From assembly GCF_006345805.1 (NCBI RefSeq), contig NW_021829903.1, positions 1 to 36,433 of the forward strand: a DNA stretch of 36,433 bases, written 5' to 3'. This document shows positions 12,348-24,474 of the stretch, one piece after another. Below the pieces are notes generated by a model. That model was not told the DNA's origin, ran no database searches, and worked only from the letters and a program-made list of their open reading frames with translations. The first letter of the stretch is position 1. Every line of letters begins with the position of its first letter. The position numbers and the translations under genes were made by a program. The stretch is from Octopus sinensis. Its lineage: Eukaryota.

Positions 12348-12699
12348 TAGGAGGTGGAGGATGGGAAGGAGGAAAGGATAAGGGTAACAGTAATTCAGGG
12401 AAGGTAACAGTTATGATGACTATGTTTGAGATCACGAGGATTATTAACCCATTTGTCCCCATAATTCCTTAAAAAATACTTTGCCTTCATTTTAGAAACC
12501 ATTTGAAAATATTGAAGAATTTCATAAATAAAGTTTGCCAGTATTCAGCTGGTATTTGGTGTATAAATCAACATAAAAATTTTGATGGAAGTTTTTAATT
12601 CCGAGCAGTTTAAAACAGGAAATTTGCAAGAAAACCTGAGGCAGTTTCTGTGGGTTCGTATCAAAAGAATGAATAATAAACGTGTCGGTAAGATTTATT

Positions 12700-12871
12700 C
12701 TACATTATTTACATTATTTACATTTGACGGATATTTGTCCTCATCTTGTTTGTTATTAACGCAACGTTTCGGTTGATATACCCTCCAGCCTTCATCAGGT
12801 GTCTTCGGGAAATTTCGAATCTGGGTTCTCATTCCTAAGATATTTTTCGATGTTATGTGTCGTTGTTGTTG

Positions 12872-12904
<33 letters not shown>

Positions 12905-12912
12905 GTAGTAGT

Positions 12913-12949
<37 letters not shown>

Positions 12950-13072
12950 AAGTAATAGTAGTAGTAGTAGTAGTAGTAGTAGTATTGTTGTTTTGTTGTT
13001 ATTATTATTACTATTATTATTATTACTATTACTATTATTATTATTATTATTATTAGTATTGTTGTTTTGTTG

Positions 13073-13135
<63 letters not shown>

Positions 13136-13197
13136 TATTCAGGTCACTGCCTGCAATCGAACTCGGAATCTTGGGGTTAGTAGCCCGTGCTCTTGAG
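12700..13197 (-). mobile_element. tRNA-headed SINE-like element with internal trinucleotide microsatellite and hammerhead-containing 3' tail
   Basis: Minus strand: tRNA-like head AAGAGCACGGG-CTACTAA-CCCCAAGATTCC-GAGTTCGATT (B-box at 13164-13155), about 280-nt (AAT/ACT/AAC)n, tail containing an HHR motif, and terminal TGTAAATAA tandem repeats (about 12725-12701). A-box not seen. Confidence 0.65.
12759..12802 (-). ncRNA. Hammerhead ribozyme motif, near-intact core, slightly decayed stems
   Basis: ACAC-CTGATGA-A-GGCTG-GAGGGTATAT-CAACC-GAAA-CG-TT-GCGT. One mismatch in stem II, one in helix I, palindromic AACGTT helix III. Confidence 0.7.
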
Positions 13198-13249
13198 CTA
13201 ACGAATTTGTCAGCTCAACGTCTTTATTAACATCAACAGCAAAAACAAC

Positions 13250-13461
13250 ACTAACCTTTTCTACTCTAGTCACAAGTCCGAATTTTTGGGGGGTGGAGTG
13301 GCGGGGGCGCAGTTCTACCCCAGTATGCAACTGGTACATAACTTATTGACTCCGAAAGGATAAAAGGCAAAGTCGACCTCAGCGGAATTTGAACTCAAAA
13401 CACGAAGACGGACGAAATGCCGCAAAGCATTTTGCCCGACATGCTAACGATCCTGTCAGCT
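13250..13461 (-). mobile_element. tRNA-derived SINE (Deu/Nin-like family)
   Basis: CAACTGGTAC...TTGACTCCGAAAGGATAAAAGGCAAAGTCGACCTCAGCGGAATTTGAACTC is the reverse complement of the family at 19630. Confidence 0.85.
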
Positions 13462-14063
13462 TTATTAACACCTTTATTAACAACACCAGCAACAACAGCA
13501 ACATGTACTATAACAACAACAACAACAACAACAGCAATAACAATAGCAAAGACAACGTCTAACCATAATCCTATCTCATGCAGTGCCAAATGAAAGGATT
13601 AAATACTTTGAGAATAATTCCCACGAATAGTAACAGAAATTCAGGAATTCGTTGTAGCCTTCAGACATAAACATCCGCCCTCTTCAAGCAGAAATATGCT
13701 GGAAATACTCCAAGCATTTCCTATTTCTGCACAATAGATTACAACATTGCATTGGATTAACCCTAACTGTGCCACACACAATATCCCCCAAGCTGCTTAT
13801 CATAATATTTCAGGCTTTCCGTTTATGTGTCTAGTAGGGATGGTCATTGCAGTGTTGAAAAGAATGTCTCACGTTCACTTTTACTTCCGCCAGAAGTGCA
13901 GATCTCCACAGCGCTGACTTTGCATCTTAAATCTTGAGATGAATGAGTTATTAGTCAGAGATTGTGGTGGCATCTTTCATTCCTTCTTTCCTTCTTCCTT
14001 TCTTCATCCTGGACGGAATACCAGTCCAGGGTAACTTTAAATGAAGTATTTTACTCATATATA

Positions 14064-14245
14064 CGAGGGGCTTTGAAAAGTCGTTGGCTTTGGATAAGAG
14101 AAAATACAGGAGGATCAGTTAATTATGATTTTATTTAACATATTTCCTTCAGCTTTTCGAAGCCCTCTAAAAGATCTCGGAAGTTTGGACCTCCAATCAC
14201 GTCTTTCGTGATAACCTTTAAACAGGATTTTTCAGTACCCCCTCG
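14064..14245. mobile_element. Mariner-type MITE, about 180 bp
   Basis: Left TA|CGAGGGGCTTTGAAAAGTC; right end reverse-complement CGAGGGGGTACTGAAAAATC. No coding remnant. Followed by (TA)n. Confidence 0.8.
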
Positions 14246-14259
14246 TTTATATATATATG

Positions 14260-14336
<77 letters not shown>

Positions 14337-14419
14337 AGGTTGAAAAGGAACACACGAGTTGATATATATGGAAACAAGTTAGGGTAGAAAATGCTAAAAT
14401 AATTTTATAAAAAACGTTT

Positions 14420-14455
14420 CAGTACCGGTTTCAGCCATTAAGACATTTTCAGCTG
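14420..14455 (-). ncRNA. Degenerate Penelope-type minimal hammerhead remnant
   Basis: CAG-CTGAAAA-TGTCTTAATGGCT-GAAA-CCGG-TA-CTG. Helix I CAG/CTG and palindromic CCGG loop; core G-to-A change; stem II decayed. Confidence 0.5.
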
Positions 14456-14479
14456 TAAGTTAATTTTGGAAAAATTACT

Positions 14480-15300
14480 AATGTTATTATATAGCATTTC
14501 TCCTATGACTGGTAAAATCATTCAACCTACAATTCTTCAATAGATGATGTTTGTCGAGTTTCAAATAATCAAGCAGCTCTTCAATAAATGTGATACGGTT
14601 CGCTTTTGTCTATAAAGATTGCAACAAATGATGGCTCTGCAATTTTTCTCTCAGAATCGCGGAGTACAGAACTTTACTGATGTCTATTTCTTCGGAAATT
14701 TCATTAAGTGCAGCAATCCAAAGGTTTTCAAGAATAACTGCACGTTATTCTTGAATATTTAGCAATATCATCTTCCGTTATTCCTAATTCGTAGATGGCG
14801 AGTCTAGAAGGTGGTCAGAATCGCCTTTTAAAATGATGGCATCTCTGATGACTTTGTGCACAGCTCCGTAGATCCTTCCTATATGCCTTGGGTAGCATTA
14901 AAAAGGACACCTCCGTCAAAACATTTTCCTAGTTCGATATAGAGTTTCACACAAACGCCTTGCACCTCTCCCTTCACAGAGATTTCCACTCGAACTTCTT
15001 CCTGTCTGTGTATGAACCTCACGGAGTTTTGCGCTCATCATTCGCAACCAGTTTCTCAAACATCTAGGATGTGAAACTCTGCTGTCTTCCTTTCATTTCG
15101 TTCCTACCATCTTTACCATGAAGGGGTTTTTTCTGTTCAAATTGTATAATCCGGTCTCCACAGCAATTTCACTGCACTCTTTTGGTTGTTTATCTAAGTA
15201 CTTCGTTTTTCGGTAACAAATCATCGGCTGCAGTAGATATGCGTCGAATGTAATACGTGTAAATTGATAAGTGACGTGTCGTAATGTGGTCATTGTTAGA
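14480..15300 (-). mobile_element. Heavily decayed LINE (APE endonuclease, possibly RTE-like)
   Basis: Across frameshifts: ITFDAYLL, SEIAVETG, LYIELGKCFD..FNATQG, HKVIRDAIILKGDSDHLL, ENLWIAALNEISEEI. The order matches APE motifs TxNV, xQET, FYxxL, GDFNA and DSDH. Confidence 0.4.
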
Positions 15301-15437
15301 TAGGAGTCAAAATTTTCCATACGCAGCACTGCAGACTTGCGCAGGTTGTGCCGACAGACTGCTGCGTTGTTTAAAAGTACCTTTTCTGACAAACTTGTAT
15401 GTGTGTGTATTATATATATATATATATATATATAGAC

Positions 15438-15474
<37 letters not shown>

Positions 15475-15506
15475 TATATATGTATATATATGTATAAAAT
15501 ATATTA

Positions 15507-15537
<31 letters not shown>

Positions 15538-16045
15538 CATATATATGTATATATATACACAATTAAATGTATATATATATGTATACTTATATATATATAT
15601 ACTTGTATATATATACAGAGAGAGATGTATATATGAATTATATTTATAAATATCATATTTATTATAGAATATATATGCATACATCAAATAATAGTATTAA
15701 ATAATATATTATTCATATTATTATATATAATAATATATATATTATTTATGTTATTATATATAAATGTATAGTGATTTCTTTATACAGTTATGTGTGTGTG
15801 AGCCTCTCCGTGTGTGTAGACGTGTTTTCAATGTGTGTCTGCGCGTATGAATGTATGTGTGTATAAAGAAATCAATACTTATCCAAGCATCTCATTGAAT
15901 TGCTTACAACAGCAGAAACAACAACAACAACAGCAAAACAACAACAACAGTAACTCATCAGCAGCAGTAGGACATCAACAACGACAACAACAATAACAAC
16001 AGCAGCAATAACAGCATTCATAAGAGCAACAGCTACGACAACAAC

Positions 16046-16235
16046 GGTGCCAAATGGTAGGGCCTCTAAGTGGTCGCCCGGTTGCTAGAGATAGCAAGCA
16101 AAATCTCCACCACCACCACTACCACCACCAAATCGCACTTGGTTTCCAATGTGCATAGTCGGCATGGTCACTGTTGGAGACGCGTTTGATCATTGGCCAT
16201 TTCTATCAAGGCCGACCATGGGCTAAACAGCTGCA
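16046..16235 (+). mobile_element. Unclassified short interspersed repeat with (AAC)n-type tail
   Basis: TTGCTAGAGATAGCAAGCAAAATCTCC...TTTGATCA...GACCATGGGCTAAACAGC; similar blocks at 17.6, 18.8, 19.1, 19.35 and 33.77 kb. Confidence 0.55.
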
Positions 16236-16559
16236 ACAGCATCAACAAGAGAAATGATATCAACAAAGCACCAGCTTCGTTACCACCACCATCATCATCA
16301 TCATCATCATCATCATCGGCTTTGACGTCGTCGTCGTCAACAACAACAACTGCAGCAACGAAGAGCAGCTGCTGTAATATGGCCATTGATAACAAGAGCA
16401 GCAGCAGCAGCACTATGAAATACGATGGCAGCAGCAGCAAGAGAGAGAAGAAGAGCAAGAAGAATGAAAGGCAGTGGAGAAGGTTACACAGCTGGGAATG
16501 TTGTGATTAAAAGTGCAGACGTAGTTTATTCATTGCAGACATTTAAAAAAAAAGGGAAT

Positions 16560-17085
16560 CGGGAGGAGGAGGAGGAGGAGGAGGGATGCCGACGAAGAAC
16601 TGAATGAGAAAGGGGGGATGGGGGAAGAGGAGGAGGAGATGAGGACGAGGAGGGTTGCCGATGAAGAACTGAAGGAGGAAATGGGAGGGAGGAGGAGGAG
16701 GAGGAGGGGAGGAGGAGGAGGAGGAGGAGGAGAGGAGGCAGTGGGAGAAGGAGTAGGTAGATGAGGAGGAGGAGATGGTGAGAGAAGGAGTAGGTAGAGG
16801 AGGAAGAGGAGGAGAGAGGTAGAGGAGGAGAGAGGTAGAGGAGGAGGGAGGGAGAGAGGGAAGGAGAAGGAGGAGGAGGGTAATGAGGAAGTGGGAAGAG
16901 GGAAAAGGAAGAGAATTTAACGAAGGATCAGAAGTAGGAGGAGAAAGAAGAAAAAGAGGAAGGGAAGGAAGAAAGAGAGGAAGGGAAGGAAGAAAGAGAG
17001 GGGATGAGATAGAAGAGGGGGGAAAAGAAGGAAAGGAGAAGAGGAAAAAGGAAGTGAGAAGAAGAAGAGAAAGAGATTACGAAGA
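16560..17085. repeat. Polypurine (GGA/GAA) low-complexity tract
   Basis: Seen directly. Confidence 0.93.
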
Positions 17086-17607
17086 AACAACCGGTACCAC
17101 TACCAATACTACTATTGCTGCTGCTGCTCGATTCAGGCCGGCAGCCAGTTCAAGAGACTCGCGGTGACTCATTCAGTAAAATACGATGGTGTCTAGTTTT
17201 TTTGTTGGAAGAGGTAAGTGGCGGTTTCAATCCCTACTACAACGCAACCTCAACAACGACAACAACAACAACAACAACAACAACACCATTTACTCCGAAA
17301 ACAACAACAAATACTACTGCTACGAAGACGACGACTACTACTACTGATGACACCTCTACTTGGATAACAACTTAGAGTGACTCATTCAGTAAATGATGAT
17401 GTTATCGAGTTCTTGCGGCAGGTTCTAAGTGGCACTTCCAATTTCTACCATAACACAACAGAACACATCTCACCACTACCACCACCACCACCAACACCAC
17501 CATCACCAGCAACAACAACAAATTCTACCGCCACCACCACCACCGTCACCACTGCTATTGCTACTACAAAACTAATGTAACTAGAATCTCTGCGGTGCTT
17601 CTTTGAG

Positions 17608-17790
17608 ATGGTAGAAATAGCAAACAACCCTCCCTCAAATCTCTCTGTATCGTCTTAAAACAAAGCATATTGGATAAGGCAGTCCTGGGTTCTCAGCACA
17701 TACGGAAATGACGGGATGGTCATAGTTGGAATACTTTTGATCACAGGTCTACTAGGCCAGGATGACCGGGGGTTAAACTACAACAGCATC
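17608..17790 (+). mobile_element. Unclassified short interspersed repeat with (AAC)n-type tail
   Basis: GGTAGAAATAGCAAACAACCCTCCCTCAAATC...CATATTGGATAAGGCAGTCC...TTTTGATCAC...GACCGGGGGTTAAACTACAAC. Confidence 0.6.
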
Positions 17791-18268
17791 AACAAGAGCA
17801 ACGACACAAATCCTTATTAACAATATGAAACACCAATAGGTTAACGAGGAGTGGAGGTGTGTCTCTAGATGGCCACACATCCATTGAGTAACGACACAAG
17901 GTTGCCTTCCCTTGGTGAAGGTATTCTCGTAAGAGTAGCAGTGGTTGCTGTTATTGTTGCATTAATACATATTTTCTTGCTAGGTTTAATCTCGAGTATC
18001 CGAAGCGGCCGATACGTTCACTGTGAAAAAAATTAGAGTTCTGAGACCGAGCCTCACCGGCTTGCAACCAGAGATCATGGAATGATGGAAATTTCCATGG
18101 AATGGAAATGCTTCTTATACAAGGATTTAGCAGAATCGATTGATCGAAGCACAAAAATTCCCTACAGTTTTATTCCGGCTTTGTACTCCCGAGTTTTATC
18201 TGTTCAAAATCAATAAAATCAAGAAATATATGAAGGTGAATTTGCGCAATTGTTGAAGACGAACAACA

Positions 18269-18288
18269 CCCTAACCCTAACCCTAACC
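18269..18288. repeat. Three CCCTAA telomere-type units
   Basis: CCCTAACCCTAACCCTAACC seen directly. Confidence 0.8.
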
Positions 18289-19109
18289 GTGAAATACTGG
18301 GGTAGATTAAGTCCGTCACCCAATATATCACTATCAACTAACCCCTTATTATATCATGTTTAGGATTCACTTTATCGCATTCGGGGCAAGTCTTCAGTTT
18401 GAGCATGATGTCTTTCATTCCTCCTGCTAGTCCCGGTGGCTCTGAAACAAATAAAGGGATAAGAGGGTCCTACCCTTCCTCCCCGGGCAAAGCTGTAAAA
18501 TTTTAGGTACTGATCAACCCAAGCATGATCGTGTAGAATCCTATCATATAAACCCTTCCGCTCTGGGGTGGTTGATCTAATCCGGGTGCTTGATTAAAAT
18601 CATCACTTCTCCTTTGGATGTCTTGAGCAGTTTCCACTTTATTGCCTATCTACAGTCGGAAGATAAATCAGTCTAATGATGTGCTACTGGTTTCCAGCTG
18701 TAGTGACCCATAGGAGGAGCTTTCTCCCTTGTTTTTCTTCCCAGGGATCTCAGAGGCGCAGAAAGGGGCTGATAATGGTGCCTTTCCATCTTCTGACAAA
18801 GCTAAGGTATATTGTCTGTATGTTCGCTCGACCTGCTGGAAATAGCAACCATACTCCCTTACGTTACACCCTAGAACAATGATTTCAATCCGGGGTGCCG
18901 CGATACGCTTGGGTGAGGTAAACAATTGTTAGAATGTTCCGAATTTATGTAACACGAATAGCAAAAAACGTCGAAATCTGTATTCTTTTTAAAATGCATT
19001 AAGAGTGAGAAAACACAATCAGAACAGAGCAAATTTCCCTCCGGTGTTTATACTTTTCGACAGAATGAAACCAAAGATGACGTGTTTCTAAAACATAGAG
19101 AGATAAGGT

Positions 19110-19530
19110 GACAAGAATACAGAAATTTTGTAAGCCTCAACTCAAATGTCATGAAGAATAAAGAGCACATTTTAACACGTAGACCTAAATATCTAAAAAG
19201 ATTGGATAGTCACGACTGTAACGACCTTGAATATAAGCTTGCTCAATCAGGATTGACCTTGAGCGAAACAACACACAAAGTTATTTTTTAATAACATGAA
19301 CAACAGAGAAAGAAATTAGAGCCAAAAGAATGCCAATAAGTGTTCGTGCAATCTGCTGAATATCAACAAGATCTTTCTCAAATCACATTCCATTGTCTTA
19401 CAAAACATTTAGAAGGTCATATTGGATAATGTAGGCCTAGATATAATAAAAACAATGGATGACTACGGATAGAAGGTTTCCGATCATAAGTCAGCTTGAC
19501 CAGAGCTGGTCTAAGTTTAAACAACAAGAA
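19110..19530 (+). mobile_element. Two adjacent decayed copies of the (AAC)n-tailed repeat (about 19110-19275 and 19345-19530)
   Basis: Both show CTCAAAT...(C)ACATT/CATATTGGATAATG...GAC...AAACAAC, collinear with the 17608 copy. Confidence 0.5.
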
Positions 19531-19629
19531 AATGAGTAAAATAACAAAACAAGACTGATATCAAGTACAACAAAAGCTGTGGCAGAAAATAAATTGTAAA
19601 GAGCAGACGATTGTGAGTTCTTGTGTATG

Positions 19630-19860
19630 CAGTGAGCTGGCAGAAACGTTAGCACGCCGGACGAAATATTTTGCGGTATTTCGTCCGCCGCTGCGTTTTG
19701 AGTTCAAATTCCGCCCGGGTCGACTTTACCTTTCATCCTTCAGGGTCGATAAATTAAGCACCAGTTTACGCACTGGGGTCTATGTAATAGACTTAATCCC
19801 TTTGTCTCTCTTTGTTTGTCCCCTCTGTGTTTAGCCCCTTGTGGGCAGTAAAGAAACAGA
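19630..19860 (+). mobile_element. tRNA-derived SINE (Deu/Nin-like family)
   Basis: GAGCTGGCAGAAACGTTAG...GAGTTCAAATTCC (B-box)...TTTCATCCTTCAGGGTCGATAAATTAAGCACCAG...TAGCCCCTTGTGGGCAGTAAAGAAA. Confidence 0.88.
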
Positions 19861-20723
19861 TATTGACCTATGCTGATTAAACTTCCTAATTTGCCCATTC
19901 ATTCGTTTTCATCCGTGCAGTAAACACTGGAATTATACATCCAGCAGTGAGTTGATAATTAAGGGAGTTTTTAGCTTTTCTTTCCAGCAAGTCAAGCAAT
20001 CACGAACAGGCTCCCATGGTGGCCCCAGTCTCCAGCATAAAATATCATTTATGTTTTCTTTAAAACAAAGCTTTAAAGAGACAACTGCGACAAATAAAAC
20101 GAATGTAAAATTCCGAAATAGAATAATAATTAAACGAGACAAGGAAAGAAATAACAATCGAAATGCAAATATTAATATAACATAATGTATTAAGAACAAG
20201 AGAAAACAATGGCCTGCAAAACATGTACGAAAACATCAACAACAACAACAATAAGCAATAACAACAACAACAGCAGCATCAGCAGGAGCAACAACAGCGA
20301 AAATAGAAAAGACTATGGCAACAATGAATTATTCTATGAGAATGTCTGTCAAACAAATATGGCGAATGTGTGACGAGAATAGAAATAGAAAATATAGTTA
20401 TTTGTCAACAACTGGTATTATGGGATGGACTGGCGGTAACTTTTTCATGAAAGTGTTTCAATAGAAATCCAGATGCCTGGCTGAGGGTAAGGAGGTGGGA
20501 AAGGACGGGGTGGAGGAAAGGAGAGGAAACAAAAAAGAATTAGAAAGATTGATGTCTAGGAATGTGTGTATGGGTCTGTGTATGTGTGTGTGTTAGTGTG
20601 TGTGCATATGTATATATATGTCTATGTACATATATATGCATATATAAATATATTTGCGTATATATGTATATATATATGTGTGTGTGCTTGTGTCTATATA
20701 TATACATATTTATATATACATAC

Positions 20724-20775
<52 letters not shown>

Positions 20776-20804
20776 GGGCTATAATGTGTATGTGAATATA
20801 CAAC

Positions 20805-20872
<68 letters not shown>

Positions 20873-20987
20873 AGATAGATAGATAGGCAGAGAGATAGGA
20901 TGAAAGAGATTGTGGGTGAGAATAGACAGAGAACAATCAGGAATGTGTGTGTCTATGGGTGTGTGTGTGATTGTGTGTGTATGTGTA

Positions 20988-21040
<53 letters not shown>

Positions 21041-21045
<5 letters not shown>

Positions 21046-21745
21046 TGTGCATGTATTTGGGTTTGTCTGTGTGTGAGAACTTGTAAGTGGAGAGAAAAGG
21101 ACAAGATGAGGAGTTAAGGAACATAACAAAGACAATTGAGGACATAAGATACGAAATAACATATCTGAAAAGGGGGGGGGGGGTGAGATGATGTGGTAGA
21201 AAAAAAAAGTGGTGAGGGAGAAAGATAATGACGTAAAGATCTTAAGCAGCAAGGAAGTTAAAGAATGTAGCACTGAGCTAAATGAGAGAGAAAGAGAGAA
21301 AGAGAGAGAAACAGAAAGAGAGAGACAAACAGACAGACAGACTGGATTGAAATGCTAGATGGTGGGATATTGAGAAAGAGAGAGACAAACACAAAGAGAA
21401 AAACAAAGAACGGTAGAAAGAAGAGGAAGATATGTGGGTAAGAGAAATTTTGTGGGAGAGAAGAGAAAGATGAAGGATGAAAGAAAAAGATGAGATAAGG
21501 GAATGCAGGAAAGCAGGGGGTAAAACGACAGTGATAATGAAAAATCGAGTGCGGAGGATAAGAGACAGACAGGACAAAGTTGGAAGAGTATACCGCGGTA
21601 GTTACATAAGAGCTTTTAAAGTACATTATATTATTAGCATGCATACATGCATATATGTATTATAGATAGATAGGTAAAGATATGAATAGATATATATATA
21701 AATATATGTGAGTGTGTGTGAGCGTACGGCTCTGTGTGTGTGTGT

Positions 21746-21791
<46 letters not shown>

Positions 21792-22476
21792 TGTGCATGT
21801 ATTTGGGTTTGTCTGTGTGTGAGAACTTGTAAGTGGAGAGAAAAGGACAAGATGAGGAGTTAAGGAACATAACAAAGACAATTGAGGACATAAGATACGA
21901 AATAACATATCTGAAAAGGGGGGGGGGGGTGAGATGATGTGGTAGAAAAAAAAAGTGGTGAGGGAGAAAGATAATGACGTAAAGATCTTAAGCAGCAAGG
22001 AAGTTAAAGAATGTAGCACTGAGCTAAATGAGAGAGAAAGAGAGAAAGAGAGAGAAACAGAAAGAGAGAGACAAACAGACAGACAGACTGGATTGAAATG
22101 CTAGATGGTGGGATATTGAGAAAGAGAGAGACAAACACAAGAGAAAAACAAAGAACGGTAGAAAGAAGAGGAAGATATGTGGGTAAGAGAAATTTTGTGG
22201 GAGAGAAGAGAAAGATGAAGGATGAAAGAAAAGATGAGATAAGGAATGCAGGAAAGCAGGGGGTAAAACGACAGTGATAATGAAAAATCGAGTGCGGAGG
22301 ATAAGAGACAGACAGGACAAAGTTGGAAGAGTATACCGCGGTAGTTACATAAGAGCTTTTAAAGTACATTATATTATTAGCATGCATACATGCATATATG
22401 TATTATAGATAGATAGGTAAAGATATGAATAGATATATATATAAATATATGTGAGTGTGTGTGAGCGTACGGCTCT
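21041..22476. repeat. Near-identical tandem duplication, period 746 bp (21041-21733 and 21787-22476), bounded by (GT)n arrays
   Basis: Offset 746 checked at two anchors, falling to 743 at the end. Only three single-base homopolymer differences noticed. Confidence 0.97.
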
Positions 22477-23255
22477 GTGTGTGTGTGTGTGTGTGTGCGT
22501 GCGTGCACGTACATATATTTGTTTGTAAAAACAAAGGAATCGTGCAACAACTAATGAATGTGCACAATACATTCTTGTAGAAGGTATGACATATATTAAT
22601 ATTATATAATATACGTGTGTGTGTACATACATACACACACACACACACATATATATATATACATTCATACATATATATATACACATATATCAAATATATA
22701 AACATGTATATAGACATACACATACACATACATGCAGACATACATACATACATACATACATACATACATACATACATACATACATACATTACATACATAC
22801 ATACATACATGTATATGTAATTGAATCGATGTGAAGAAGAAAGCAAAATCTTGATATAGAAGCGCAACAAATCCTAAATCCACGTCAGTTATCGTCCAAA
22901 GCATCATAACAATGTTACGCCTTTAACGATGATGTTGTTCACCTTTGGTGGCGTCGGCCACGATCAAGTGCTTCCCAGACAAGGGCCTACCTTTTTCTCA
23001 CATTCATAACGCTTATCATCACCAAGTCCACAACATTTAAAATTTCTCCTTTCTATATTCAGGTTAAAACATTCAGGTTAAATCGTTTTTTCAAAACCTG
23101 TAACCGGAGCTAAGTCAAAGAGTAGGGAAGATGGCATTTTGCATATCGTGCTCTTTTCTGCGCAAAACAAAAACTACTCTACTACTTCAAAATTCAAAAT
23201 GATGTGTTTTTGTACAACATTTTATCGAGTTAGCGTGTATCGTTACAAAAATTTA

Positions 23256-24098
23256 CGATGTGTAACCAAAATGTATCCTACCTTGATTTTTGCACCAAAT
23301 AATAATGCGTGAGCAAAAACTGCATGGGTATTAGTTGGCCGTGTCCTTCCTAAGCATGTGTCCGCAGTGACACGTTGAGTAGAGACGTGAAGAGTGTGCT
23401 GTGCGATTTTTCTCTTTGAGTCAAGCTGCCCGAATGCATTGAGCAAAGATTCTGTATCAAATTCTACCAAAACTTTGTGATACGCAAGCCCAGATTATCG
23501 AGAAGATTCAGAAGACCTTTGGAGATGATGCTATGGAAAAAACACAAATATAAGAGTAGTACAACCAGTTCAAAGATGGCCGCACTTCAGGGACCAGTAA
23601 GCCACGTTGTGGCAAGACAGTTAACAAAGAATACTACCTGGGGGTTCTTCGTCGCTTTCGTAAAGCTGCGCTGCAAAAACGACCCGCCCTGTGGGCAGCA
23701 AAGAACTGGAGACTCCACCATGACAACGCACCCGCTCATTCCACCCGCGTTGTCCAAGCATTCCTCGTCAAGCAAAACACACCACTCGTTCGTCAGGAAT
23801 CCTTCTCCCGAGACTTGGCTCCGTGTGACTTTTGGATATTCCCAAAGCTCAAAAAGAAAAAAAAAACACTCAAATGGAGAAGATTTGTGTCAACAGAGGA
23901 CATTAAACCAAATTAGACAGCACAGCTCTACAGAATCCCAAAGAATGATTTCCAGAAATGTTTCCTGAGGTGCAGGAACGTTGACAGAACTCTGTAGACA
24001 CCCAAGGTGAATACTTTGAAGGAGACTAAATGAAAATGAATGTTTTAATATTACTTGTTTTTTGGTAAAAGGTCGGATACTTTTTTTACTACACCTCG
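23256..24098 (+). mobile_element. Internally deleted mariner transposon (irritans-like), about 840 bp
   Basis: TIRs TA|CGATGTGTAACCAAAATGTATCCTACC and reverse-complement CGAGGTGTAGTAAAAAAAGTATCCGACC. N-terminal EQRFCIKF..FGDDAM..FKDGRTS is joined to TVNKEYYL..WRLHHDNAPAHS..DLAPCDFWIFPKLK..QGEYFEGD* (stop 24027-29). Stops and frameshifts present. Confidence 0.93.
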
Positions 24099-24474
24099 CA
24101 TATACTTTGATTCTTTGATAGGTTTCGGCCAGTATTGATCCAGCCCTTGTCTAACTTAATAGCACAACCTGGAAAAGTCATTCAAATCAGGAATCGGACA
24201 ACATGACCCATTCGAGGAGAGAGTTGTTGTTTATGGAGATATATTCGGGTGTAGGCGATTTGTCTGGGATTTTTTTAAGGAATTTATCCAAAGATTTCTT
24301 GAACTTTATATATAGATATATACATATACCAACACTATTGATGTCACGTAGTGTATATGTTTCTATTTACGCACTCATCAGCTGGAGGATAACATCAGAA
24401 GGGGAAATTATTTTCAGCCGAGTGTTTATAAAGCGTTGAAAATCTCAAATCAGATGATAGATGAGACAACTCAC

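Noticed and set aside
11998-12462. Poly-His and poly-Met ORFs
   Set aside because: They come from the (GAT/GAC)n repeat; no splice or start context supports coding.
13651-13690. Minus-strand TTGAAGA-GGGC...GTCT-GAAG, hammerhead-like
   Set aside because: Both conserved cores are mutated and helix I does not pair; too degenerate to call.
17990-18262. Possible Tc1/mariner C-terminus (SPACN..., EGEFAQLL)
   Set aside because: Only two weak motifs in different frames and no TIRs identified.
23477-23968. 163-aa ORF as a host gene
   Set aside because: It is an alternative frame overlapping the mariner transposase pseudogene.
24112-24160. Minus-strand GGCTG...TGGCC-GAAA-CCTA-TC, hammerhead half
   Set aside because: The CUGANGA core has three mismatches (TAGACAA) and no helix I is found.
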